DNA from: Candidatus Bathyarchaeota archaeon
GTDB taxonomy: Archaea > Thermoproteota > Bathyarchaeia > 40CM-2-53-6
DNA: 64,000 nucleotides
Reading direction: 5' to 3'
Assembly: GCA_963726255.1 (NCBI GenBank)
Contig: CAVSBL010000002.1
Location: 2,112,001 to 2,176,000, forward strand
Positions 28,380-37,439 of the stretch are shown piece by piece. The notes beneath the pieces are model-generated. The model was not told where the DNA came from. It saw only the letters and a list, made by a program, of their open reading frames with translations, and made no database searches. The position numbers and the translations under genes were made by a program. Position 1 is the stretch's first letter, and each line of letters opens with the position of its first letter.

Positions 28380-29626
28380 CATCTTTCCTTAAGCTGATGA
28401 AATGTGCGCGCTGTGGGAAGGAATATCCGCCTGAATCTGGCGCAATCCGGTGCGTGAACAAAGACGACGGCCGTCTAGATATTTCCTATGACTACGATGC
28501 TTTGCGCGATTTCGTCAGCGTGGAGACATTTTCGAAAAGGCAAAGAGGGGTTTGGAAATACAGGGAACTGCTGCCAGTTAATGATCCGAAAAACATAGTG
28601 ACCCTCGGAGAAGGCGGAACGCCTTTCCTTCCGGCACACCGCCTAGGCGACAAACTCGGCCTAAGTAATCTTTGGCTGCTCGATGACACACGCAATCCGA
28701 CAGCCTCATTCAAAGATAGACCGATGACTGTTGGCGTTTCAAAAGCTGTTGAGTTAGGATACAAAACAGTGGTGTCAGCTTCCAGCGGTAACGCCGCTGC
28801 GGCGCTGTCAGCCTACTCTGCTAAGGCGGGGCTCAAATGCATCACCTTCGTCCCAGAGATGGCGAGCATAGGAAAATTGGCTCAGCTAACGATGTACGGG
28901 GCTCATGTCGTGAAAGTTCGAGGGCTAGAGTCAGGGGAGGACCCGACTGTGAAAATGCTCAAGGCTGTTTGCGACCGGAAAAATTGGTACCCTTGCCCAA
29001 GCTTCGGCCCTATGAATCCCTACCAAGCGGAGGGCCCGAAGACCATGTCGTATGAGATTGTTGAAGGACTGAGTTGGGAGGTTCCTGACTGGGTTTTCGT
29101 TCCGGTAGGTGCAGGAGGTGCATTAGCAGGAAATTGGAAGGGCTACTTGGATTTTCAGAACTTAGGTTTCATAAGATCAATGCCGAGAATGGCAGCGGTC
29201 CAATCGACCGGTTGCGCGCCCGTGATCCGTGCGTACGAGCAGGGCGCCGACCCGAAAAACATAGTTCCATGGGAAATGCCTGACTCCGTCGCAACAGGAC
29301 TCATGGACCCGTATCCTTGGGACGGTGATGCAGCTCTCGTTGCTATCCGGAGTTCTCATGGGGCAGCCGTTTCAGTCTCCAACGAAGAAATCCTAGAGGC
29401 ACAGAGGAAGCTCGCCAAGCTCGAAGGAATTTTCGCCGAGCCGTCCGGCGTAACTTCACTTGCCGGCTTGATCAAAGAGCGTGAAAAAATAGACAGGGCC
29501 GATTGTGTCGTGGTAGAAATAACGGGAAGCGGTTTGAAAGATCCGAATGTAGCAACGAAGGGAATGCCCGAGATACCTATCATTGATTCCTCGTTTCAAG
29601 AATTGGAACGAGTGTTGAAACTCTAA
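28376..29626 (+). CDS. thrC: threonine synthase family PLP enzyme
   Basis: N-terminal CxxC, TLGEGGTP, NPTASFKDR, ASSGNA, VPVGAG, EGIFAEP, TGSGLKD; ATGA overlap with the upstream gene. Actual substrate uncertain. Confidence 0.8.
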   Translation: MTSFLKLMKCARCGKEYPPESGAIRCVNKDDGRLDISYDYDALRDFVSVETFSKRQRGVWKYRELLPVNDPKNIVTLGEGGTPFLPAHRLGDKLGLSNLWLLDDTRNPTASFKDRPMTVGVSKAVELGYKTVVSASSGNAAAALSAYSAKAGLKCITFVPEMASIGKLAQLTMYGAHVVKVRGLESGEDPTVKMLKAVCDRKNWYPCPSFGPMNPYQAEGPKTMSYEIVEGLSWEVPDWVFVPVGAGGALAGNWKGYLDFQNLGFIRSMPRMAAVQSTGCAPVIRAYEQGADPKNIVPWEMPDSVATGLMDPYPWDGDAALVAIRSSHGAAVSVSNEEILEAQRKLAKLEGIFAEPSGVTSLAGLIKEREKIDRADCVVVEITGSGLKDPNVATKGMPEIPIIDSSFQELERVLKL

Positions 29627-29693
29627 GACAGCGCCAAGGGAAGAATAATAGGCCGGTAAACCCAACCGAGCCGAACGTGCGTAATACGCGCCT

Positions 29694-30719
29694 TCATCTT
29701 TTCTTGTTGCCCATGGTCACTGCGAGAACGGCCATTTTGGTGTACATTCCATTCTCGGCTTGAGGATAGATAACTGAGTGGCGGCCATCCATGACCTCAT
29801 CGGTGGCTTCTTCACCGCGAAGTACGGGCAAGACGTGAGTCACAATCGCTTTTCTCTCCATCTTGTCGAGCAAATCCTGAGTGAGCATCCAATCACGATA
29901 CTTCTCATGTAGTTCTACCTCTCTTTCCTTGCCGAACTTGCTCGCGCCCAATTGCAGTAGTTCGTTCGAGGCCCAATTTCTGGGGAAAACCGCCTGCGCT
30001 CCTTCGATCGCTGAATTGAGGTCGTTTGAGACTTCGAAGGTGCCGCCTGATTCTCTGGCGTTAGATTTTGCCGTCTCAACAATTGTTGGGTCGATTTCGA
30101 AGCCCGGCGGGTGGGCGAGAACGACATTCATCCCAAAGCGCGGCATGATTAGTGCTTCTTCTTGTATGCTGCATCTACCTCGGAAGCTCTTTGCATAACC
30201 CCACATTATGACGTACTTCTTCCCCTGCACCTTGCCCAACGCTTCCTGAGTCGTCATCAAGTCAGCAAGCCCCTGGGTGGGGTGGTAGGTGCAGCAGGCC
30301 ATGTTTATGACAGGAATCTCGGCGTGCTTGGCGTACTCTCGAACAACAGACACACCGGCCCCGTAAACGTAGTCGATTGCGGAATCAAGAATTCGAATAC
30401 CTAGTCCCTGGCCATACTTCTCATACATCTTGGCCACATCTTTCGGGGCCTCCCCAGACCCTAGTCGAGTCGTTGAGACGTCAATGTACAGCGCATGTCC
30501 ACCGAGATAGGTCATTCCAGCCTCAAAGGCTGCCCTAGTTCTAGTCGACGGTGCATAGAACAACATGAAGAACGTCTTATTTCGAAGGAGAGTTGGAACC
30601 CGACCACGCCGATATTTCGCTTTCAGGTCCCGCGCTAGCTTGAGCGTTGCCCTGAGCTCATCAACAGACCACTCTTGTGTAGTGATCAAGTCTCTACCCG
30701 CCAAATCAATCCTAGACAT
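29694..30719 (-). CDS. carbamoyltransferase, non-canonical (YgeW/AOTCase-like branch)
   Basis: STRTR, HPTQ, QAEN present; HVLP replaces HCLP and PRNWAS replaces the OTC DxxxSMG motif. Confidence 0.88.
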   Translation of the reverse strand: MSRIDLAGRDLITTQEWSVDELRATLKLARDLKAKYRRGRVPTLLRNKTFFMLFYAPSTRTRAAFEAGMTYLGGHALYIDVSTTRLGSGEAPKDVAKMYEKYGQGLGIRILDSAIDYVYGAGVSVVREYAKHAEIPVINMACCTYHPTQGLADLMTTQEALGKVQGKKYVIMWGYAKSFRGRCSIQEEALIMPRFGMNVVLAHPPGFEIDPTIVETAKSNARESGGTFEVSNDLNSAIEGAQAVFPRNWASNELLQLGASKFGKEREVELHEKYRDWMLTQDLLDKMERKAIVTHVLPVLRGEEATDEVMDGRHSVIYPQAENGMYTKMAVLAVTMGNKKR

Positions 30720-30851
30720 TAAAGTCTCTCCAGTTTTCGTCAGCGTCAGCTCTTCCTACTAAATAGAACTTTCCGATTCGAGAAAAAGCATGAAAGTTCA
30801 TAAGGGGTAAAGTGGGACCGTGTGCGTCTACGATCGTGAGCTGAACCGAGG

Positions 30852-31805
30852 TTGACAGACAAACTCATAGTTATTGCCCTCGGGGGAAACGCTCTCCTCC
30901 GGCGAGGGCAGAAGGGCACCTTCGAAGAGCAATACCGCAACGTGAAGGAAACCGTAACGAAGATTGCGGATCTGATTGAACGCGGATACAAAATAGTCAT
31001 GACGCACGGGAATGGTCCGCAGGTGGGTGCCACACTTCTGAGGCACGAAGCCGCGAAGAGCATCGTTCCAGCTCTTCCGCTTGACGCGTGTGGCGCTGAG
31101 ACGCAAGGGTTCATCGGATACATGATTCAACAGGCTCTCAGAAACGAGCTCAAATCACGCGGGATCGACAAGTACGTTCTCACCATCATAACGCGGGTCA
31201 TTGTCGACAGGCATGACTTAGCTTTTCAAAATCCCACGAAACCGATCGGCCCCTTTTACTCCAAGGAGGAAGCAGCCAAAGTGAAAGAGCAGAAGCCAGA
31301 GCTGGTCATCAAAGAAGATGCTGGCCGCGGCTACAGACGCGTCGTCCCCTCTCCAGACCCAAAAATAATCGCAGAGCGCTCCGCCATTAGGGCCTTGGTA
31401 GATGCTGGTTTCGTTGTAGTTGCATGTGGCGGTGGGGGAATCCCAATCATAGAAGAGAATGGACTCGCGGTCGGAGTGGAGGCCGTAATCGATAAGGATC
31501 TGGGAGCCCAACGCTTAGCAACCCTGATCGGCGCTAACATCCTTGTAATCCTAACTGATGTGGAAGGCGCCTACATCAACTATGGAACACCCAAACAGGA
31601 GTTGATTAGAGAAGCCTCTTCAGGCAAGCTAAAGAATTATCTTCGAGAAGGCCAGTTCAAAGAGGGAAGCATGGCACCAAAAGTCGAGGCTGCAATCAGG
31701 TTCGTCGAAAGCGGCGGCGAGCGGGCAATAATCGCAGCCTTGGGCAGTCTGACCGAAGCCCTTGAAACAAAGACCGGAACGCAAGTTGTGATGCCAAGAG
31801 CTTAA
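30852..31805 (+). CDS. arcC: carbamate kinase
   Basis: [52 protein letters not shown]. Confidence 0.96.
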   Translation: MTDKLIVIALGGNALLRRGQKGTFEEQYRNVKETVTKIADLIERGYKIVMTHGNGPQVGATLLRHEAAKSIVPALPLDACGAETQGFIGYMIQQALRNELKSRGIDKYVLTIITRVIVDRHDLAFQNPTKPIGPFYSKEEAAKVKEQKPELVIKEDAGRGYRRVVPSPDPKIIAERSAIRALVDAGFVVVACGGGGIPIIEENGLAVGVEAVIDKDLGAQRLATLIGANILVILTDVEGAYINYGTPKQELIREASSGKLKNYLREGQFKEGSMAPKVEAAIRFVESGGERAIIAALGSLTEALETKTGTQVVMPRA

Positions 31806-31847
31806 TTCAAATAACGGCAGCCAACAGGGCACGACGAGGTTACAGGG

Positions 31848-32918
31848 TTGTTGTCATTCGTAGGTAAGTGGAAAGCTAAACATTTCCTAGACACAAATGA
31901 TTTCTCGCAAGAACAAATCAAAGAAGTTCTGGATGCAGCGGATGTTCTGAGGAAACTATTCCGATCGCGCAAGGAGCATCGATACTTATCTGGAAAAACA
32001 CTCTTCATGATGTTCTATAACAGGTCGCTCAGGACAAGGAATTCTTTCGAGGCCGGAATGTATCAGCTCGGCGGTCACGCGCACTTTCTTAGCCCACAGG
32101 ATGTGTATACCCCCGCGTTGCCGGAAGATATGGTCGCGTACCAGACTGAGGCCATCTCTGACGTTTCCCGCGTCCTAAGCAGGTACGGAGACGCGATTGC
32201 GATTAGAATCTATGGTGATGCCGCGAAATGGAACATAGGCAGGGGCCACAAGGTTGTACAGGAATTTGCCAAATACGCAACAATCCCCGTGCTAAACATG
32301 GAAGACGATATGTATCACCCCTTTCAAGCACTCGCCGACGCGCAGGCTATGAGAAACGCTATTCCAAAGCTTCAAGGAAAGAAACTCGTAGTTTCCTACG
32401 CCTACTCCGGCGGGCTGAAGCCGCTCGCTGTCCCTCAAAGTGAGGTTCTGATTGGAACACAGCTTGGAATGGATGTCGTTCTCGCGCACCCGCATGGTTT
32501 CGAGCTGGAAGACGTCGCACTTGATGCCGCGAAGGCGAATGCGGATAGATATGGCGGCGGATTCCACGTAGTGAATGATATGAAAGAAGCGTTCAATGGC
32601 GCTGATGTTGTGTACCCGAAGGCTTGGTCTCCGAAGAACTATTTCCCACCCCACAGCGGCGCCTTAGATAAGGACGGTGCAACCAGCTACCAGGACAAGT
32701 TCAAGGACTGGATTTGTACCCAGAAGATGATGGACCTTACGAAGAAGGGCAAGTATATGCACTGCGGCCCGGCCGACCGAGGCCAAGAAGTTACTGACGA
32801 AGTAATCGACAACGAGAGTTATTCACTGTACTTCGAACAAGCCGAAAACAGGCTACACGCCCAAAAGGCCGTAATGGCCATGGTCATGGGAGATCGCCGC
32901 GGTCCACGTCGAAAGTAA
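31848..32918 (+). CDS. YgeW-like carbamoyltransferase
   Basis: SLRTR, HPFQ, YAYSGGLKPLAVPQS, YPKAWSP, MHCGPAD, resembling recalled YgeW motifs WAYS...KPLSVPQ, YPKSW, MHCLPAD; no SMG motif. Confidence 0.88.
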   Translation: MLSFVGKWKAKHFLDTNDFSQEQIKEVLDAADVLRKLFRSRKEHRYLSGKTLFMMFYNRSLRTRNSFEAGMYQLGGHAHFLSPQDVYTPALPEDMVAYQTEAISDVSRVLSRYGDAIAIRIYGDAAKWNIGRGHKVVQEFAKYATIPVLNMEDDMYHPFQALADAQAMRNAIPKLQGKKLVVSYAYSGGLKPLAVPQSEVLIGTQLGMDVVLAHPHGFELEDVALDAAKANADRYGGGFHVVNDMKEAFNGADVVYPKAWSPKNYFPPHSGALDKDGATSYQDKFKDWICTQKMMDLTKKGKYMHCGPADRGQEVTDEVIDNESYSLYFEQAENRLHAQKAVMAMVMGDRRGPRRK

Positions 32919-32978
32919 CGGCACGGAGAATTTGACAATCAGGTCCCTCTGTGAGAGCTCCGAAGAAACGGTACCTGT

Positions 32979-33476
32979 ATGACTAAAGCTAAACCCAGTT
33001 CAATCGTGCTTGCAAACTGGGGAAGGCGATTCATCGCATGGTTAATCGATTATGTCACCATAAATGTGATGCTCGCATATTTCAGAGTAGAAGACATAGA
33101 GTCACGACTTATCCCAATAATCCTCTTGCCTCGCCTACCAGGGTTTGACATCTCAATCTGGTCCCCCATCTCAGTGTTGACCTTCTTTCTCTACTGGTCT
33201 CTATCGGAATGGTACTTCGGAAGGTCGATTGGGCAATTATTGCTGAACATTAGACTTGCTGACATGCAGGGAAGAAGGCCCAGTCTGGTCGCTTCAGGAA
33301 TCCAGAGCGTCGGAAAGTCTCTCCTACTTCCTCTAGATTGTGTGATCGGTTGGGCCTACCCTTCATGCCGGAAACATAGACAACGGTTCTTCAACATGCT
33401 GTCTAATACTATTGTCATATACATTGGGACGCCGATGCACGCCCTCAAGCAAGGAGATTACACAAGAGAAGCTTGA
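32979..33476 (+). CDS. RDD family membrane protein
   Basis: LANWGRRFIAWLID, Y...SE...GRSIG, QR.F.MLSNTIV. Confidence 0.88.
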   Translation: MTKAKPSSIVLANWGRRFIAWLIDYVTINVMLAYFRVEDIESRLIPIILLPRLPGFDISIWSPISVLTFFLYWSLSEWYFGRSIGQLLLNIRLADMQGRRPSLVASGIQSVGKSLLLPLDCVIGWAYPSCRKHRQRFFNMLSNTIVIYIGTPMHALKQGDYTREA

Positions 33477-33563
33477 ATTCCAACCGCTGGAACAGAGAAT
33501 CAGTCTCGATAGGACAAGGGTTGGACTTATAATTCGTAAGTACAAACGGTAAGTGGAAACAGC

Positions 33564-34511
33564 ATGGCAGAATATGACATAATCATAATCGGTTCTGGTC
33601 CAGCAGGACTCACAGCAGCAATCTACGCTGGCCGCGCACTTGTCAAGACTCTCGTCGTCGCGGGAAGGATGTCAGGCGGCCAACTCATGCTTACGAGCGG
33701 CGTGGAAAATTTCCCAGGGTTCTCCGACGGAATACAAGGCCCCACCCTCATGGAGGAGATGAGGAAACAGGCTGAGCGGTTTGGGGCGGGGTTTCTTGAT
33801 GACGATGTTGAATCGGTAGATTTTTCGCGTAAGCCGTTCCAAGTTAACGTCGGGGGCAAGGTTCACCATTCAAAAGCGGTGATCATAGCGACGGGGTCAT
33901 CGGCCAAATGGTTGGGCCTAACTTCCGAAGAGAAGTTGCGTGGCCGAGGCGTTTCCAGCTGTGCAACGTGCGACGGCTATTTCTTTAGAGGAAAGCGAGT
34001 CGTCGTCGTTGGCGGTGGAGACACGGCGATCGAAGAGGCCCTTTTCTTAACCAAATTCGCGACCGAAGTTGTCGTTATTCATAGACGCGACCAGCTGCGT
34101 GCCAGCAAAATAATGCAAAGGAGAGCGCTATCCAACGACAGGATCAGGTTCCTCTGGAACTCAGTGATCGAAGATATCCTCGGAAAGCAAAGTGTCGAAG
34201 GCGTAAGGGTCAGAAACGTCGAGACAGGTGAGCAATCAATTGCCGCATGTGATGGCGTCTTTGTGGCAATCGGGTTTCAACCCAACACGAAGATCTTCGG
34301 AAGCCAAATACGGCTTGATGAGAAGGGCTACATCCTTTCTGGGGACGGGACGAAGACCTCCGTGGATGGTGTATTTGTCGCAGGAGACGTGCATGATTTC
34401 AAGTACCGCCAAGCCATCACGGCAGCCGGCGAAGGTTGTAAGGTAGCCATGGATGCGCTTGCTTACCTGGAAGAGCAGAAAGAATTGACTTTAACGGCCC
34501 CACAGAAGTAA
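33564..34511 (+). CDS. trxB: thioredoxin-disulfide reductase
   Basis: GSGPAG, VENFPG, SCATCDG, GGGDTA.EEA, HRRD, FVAGD. Confidence 0.96.
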   Translation: MAEYDIIIIGSGPAGLTAAIYAGRALVKTLVVAGRMSGGQLMLTSGVENFPGFSDGIQGPTLMEEMRKQAERFGAGFLDDDVESVDFSRKPFQVNVGGKVHHSKAVIIATGSSAKWLGLTSEEKLRGRGVSSCATCDGYFFRGKRVVVVGGGDTAIEEALFLTKFATEVVVIHRRDQLRASKIMQRRALSNDRIRFLWNSVIEDILGKQSVEGVRVRNVETGEQSIAACDGVFVAIGFQPNTKIFGSQIRLDEKGYILSGDGTKTSVDGVFVAGDVHDFKYRQAITAAGEGCKVAMDALAYLEEQKELTLTAPQK

Positions 34512-34570
34512 TCTAGACCCCCAATATTCTAGGTTAGAACATCCCCGCATCACTCAGGCGGGGCTTTGAA

Positions 34571-35824
34571 TTGAAGGCCATTGTTCGGTGGTCGAATGGA
34601 GTAGCCTTACGCTACGGGGAAACCAAGCTGCTATTCGACCCTGTCGAAAGCGACCCTGCTATCCCAGACGTTTTCATAACTCACGCCCATTACGATCACT
34701 GCAAAGGCTTTCAGTTCCCAACCCAAAAGAAGTACTCGACTAAGGAAACACGTGAGCTCTACGAGGCCGACAGTAGCCGCAAGGTTGGGGACTGGCAGCA
34801 GGTTCGATTAGGACGCCGTCTGAAACTCGGAGAAGTCGAGGTCGAAGCGCATGAAGCTGGGCATGTGTTGGGCGCGGTTCAATACGAGGTTATCACGCCG
34901 GAAGGTAGTATCGTCTATGCCAGCCACATCAATTTCGTTGACACGCTTCTAACTCACGCTGCCGGCGTAGCTCCATGCGAACTTCTAATCATCGAGACAA
35001 CACTAGCTTCCCCTTCACGAGTCCTTCCGAAACGAGAGTCGACGGTTGCTGAGATAGTAAAATGGGCTTTAGAATGCATTAAGGAGAGGAGAATTCCTGC
35101 ATTCATAACTGATCCGATTGGCAATTCTCAGGAACTCCTGAAAATCTTCAACAACTGGACTGAGTTGCCCGTCATAGTTCACCCGCGAATAGCCCGCGTC
35201 AACAAGGTCTACGAGAATAATGGCGTGGCACTACGTTACACAGATTCTTCGACTCCGGAATCGCAGAGCCTGATTGAGACCGCTCAGTGCATAGTCGTAG
35301 TCCCCAGGGGGTTTGACACGAGCCGTTTTGGGGATTTCAGAACCGCCATCGTCTCAAGCTGGGCAAGTAGAGTTGACGATGCGGATGGAAAGGGCTTCCA
35401 GTTAAGCGATCAAGCAGACTTCAATCAGTTGCTACAGTTTGTGCAAGAAGCAAGGCCTAAGAATGTACTCACGTTTCGCGGAGCGAGTAAACTTTTCGCG
35501 CAAACGGTCTCTCGGAGACTTGGGATAGCCGCCAACGAATTGGCAGCGAACATCAGCCGTCCCAAACCGCCTAAACTGAGGTTAGATGAAAGTCGAATTG
35601 GAAAATGCCAAGATGTTCTGCTGGATGCGATTCAAATTCCGAATTTCACCTATGAGAAGAGAGGCCTCCTCGCGTTGGGAATCAAGGAAGGTTTCAAGGG
35701 TCCGGAGGTTGAGGAGGCATTGCTCAGGCTAACCAAGGACGGGGTTCTGAATTATTCAGAGTTACTTGACGGGTACAATCGGTTGGCCGATCGCGACTCG
35801 AAACGAACAGCCGAACAAGACTAA
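34571..35824 (+). CDS. MBL-fold beta-CASP-type nuclease-like protein with degenerate motifs and C-terminal extension
   Basis: ITHAHYDH, AGHVLG, LIIETT; YASH in place of YTGD and LSDQAD in place of LSDHAD. Confidence 0.8.
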   Translation: MKAIVRWSNGVALRYGETKLLFDPVESDPAIPDVFITHAHYDHCKGFQFPTQKKYSTKETRELYEADSSRKVGDWQQVRLGRRLKLGEVEVEAHEAGHVLGAVQYEVITPEGSIVYASHINFVDTLLTHAAGVAPCELLIIETTLASPSRVLPKRESTVAEIVKWALECIKERRIPAFITDPIGNSQELLKIFNNWTELPVIVHPRIARVNKVYENNGVALRYTDSSTPESQSLIETAQCIVVVPRGFDTSRFGDFRTAIVSSWASRVDDADGKGFQLSDQADFNQLLQFVQEARPKNVLTFRGASKLFAQTVSRRLGIAANELAANISRPKPPKLRLDESRIGKCQDVLLDAIQIPNFTYEKRGLLALGIKEGFKGPEVEEALLRLTKDGVLNYSELLDGYNRLADRDSKRTAEQD

Positions 35825-35936
35825 AGGCCGAGGCCTTTGAGGAGAAACTTGTGCTGGCAGTAGGGGCAGTGATGGGTTTCGCAGGAATCGTCTGGCCGCA
35901 ATAGGCACATCTAATGTATGGTGAACCAAATGACAT
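35821..35936 (-). pseudogene. putative 38-aa zinc-ribbon micro-protein split by a 1-nt frameshift
   Basis: MSFGSPYIRCAYCGQTIPAK in one frame and THHCPYCQHKFLLKGLGL* in the -1 frame. Adding one A to gcgaaacc gives C-x2-C-x10-C-x2-C. Confidence 0.45.
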
Positions 35937-36083
35937 TTGTGACCAACAGAAAAGCCGTTGGTAGTTTTCATTTTGAGATTTCTTTACTATATCTGCCAAC
36001 CTTCGCTCTTATTGTGACACAGTAATTACAAGGTCTAGGCAAGGTTACACGGCGCTCAGAAAGCCTGAAATTCACATCGTTTC

Positions 36084-37439
36084 ATGCAGCATCCATGTGA
36101 CATGACGTTGGACCAAGCAGTTCTGAAGGAGTCGGGATACGTCAAACGAACTCCGATGTCCCGTGCGATGTTCGAGCGTGCCAAACGGGTTGAGCCCGCC
36201 GGAATTTCATATAAGAACAGAGACTTCGAACCATACCCATTCTTCGTCAAGGAAGCTAAAGGTGCGAAGCTTACTGACGTCGACGGAAACACGTACACTG
36301 ACTACTGGTGTACGCATTTCGCAATGATTCTCGGGCATGCACACCCAATCGTAATGCAAGCCATTAAGACGCAAGTAGAGAGGGGCTGGCATTTCGGCCT
36401 CGCCCACGAATTCGAAGTGACACTCTCAGAAACAATAACGAAAAATGTCCCAAGCGCTGAGCTAGTTCGTTACACAAGTTCCGGTAGCGAAGCAAATTTC
36501 TTCGCGATTCGCTTAGCGAGAACCTTCACTAAGCGAGACAAGATTGCCAAGCTGGAAGGCTGTTGGCACGGCGCCTACGATCCTCTCCACCTTGGCGTGA
36601 GGCCTCCCCTAGACAAGCCCTTGTCAGGTGGAATCACGAAGGCATCACAGCAGGATACCATACTGGCTCCCTACAACGACCTCGAAGGCTTCCTCAAGCG
36701 CATTGCGCGGGAGAAATTGGCATGCGTAATCCTAGAGCCAGTCCTGGGCGCGGGTGGAATGATACCTGCCGAGAAGGCCTTTCTCGAAGGGCTAAGGGCG
36801 TACTGCGACGACACTGGTGCCTTAATGATCTTTGACGAAGTAATCACTGGATTCCGGCTTGGTTTAGCTGGAGCACAAGGATGCTTCGGCGTGAAACCGG
36901 ACATCACCGTAATGGGCAAGATCATTGGCGGTGGACTGCCAATTGGCGCGCTCTGCGGCCGACGCGATATAATGGAGCGAATGGATCACACGAAATACAC
37001 GGGTTCAGACTACGCTTACCACGGAGGGACCTTTGCGGGCAATGCGATCACGCTTGCTGCAGGCCTCGCGACAATAAATGTCTTGCAACATTCGCCAGTG
37101 TACGAGCATGTTAACCGACTAGGACAAGAAACTCGCCACACACTGAACAGAATATTTGAACAGAACGCATTTCCAGCACACGCGACTGGGATAGGTTCAC
37201 TTTTCGCCATTCACCTGACCCGAGAGCGTCCGATACGGGACGCAAAGAGCTACGCTAACAGCGACCATGAACTCTCCAAGAAACTTTTCAGCCATTTGAT
37301 TGAGAGCGAGATCCTAATGATCGTACCCGAGATGCTACACGGAGCTATCAGCTATGCGCACACCGACTCTGACGTTAAACACTTGAGTTCCGCTGTAGAG
37401 GAATTCGTGAAAGGCAACAACCGAAGAGGGACGCCCTAG
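36084..37439 (+). CDS. class-III PLP aminotransferase, glutamate-1-semialdehyde aminomutase-like
   Basis: DVDGN.Y.DY, ILGHAHP, SGSEA, FDEVITGFR, GKIIGGGLP, GTFAGN; DYWCTHF differs from the usual HemL DYVGSWG. Confidence 0.85.
   Translation: MQHPCDMTLDQAVLKESGYVKRTPMSRAMFERAKRVEPAGISYKNRDFEPYPFFVKEAKGAKLTDVDGNTYTDYWCTHFAMILGHAHPIVMQAIKTQVERGWHFGLAHEFEVTLSETITKNVPSAELVRYTSSGSEANFFAIRLARTFTKRDKIAKLEGCWHGAYDPLHLGVRPPLDKPLSGGITKASQQDTILAPYNDLEGFLKRIAREKLACVILEPVLGAGGMIPAEKAFLEGLRAYCDDTGALMIFDEVITGFRLGLAGAQGCFGVKPDITVMGKIIGGGLPIGALCGRRDIMERMDHTKYTGSDYAYHGGTFAGNAITLAAGLATINVLQHSPVYEHVNRLGQETRHTLNRIFEQNAFPAHATGIGSLFAIHLTRERPIRDAKSYANSDHELSKKLFSHLIESEILMIVPEMLHGAISYAHTDSDVKHLSSAVEEFVKGNNRRGTP

Noticed and set aside
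29694-32918. Arginine deiminase pathway or argF assignment
   Set aside because: No arginine deiminase or ArcD is in the window, and both transferases lack the ornithine-binding DxxxSMG and HCLP motifs.
35724-35999. 91-aa minus-strand ORF from the track taken as is
   Set aside because: It has only one CxxC and overlaps the convergent gene by about 100 nt; the frameshifted 38-aa zinc ribbon explains the sequence better.
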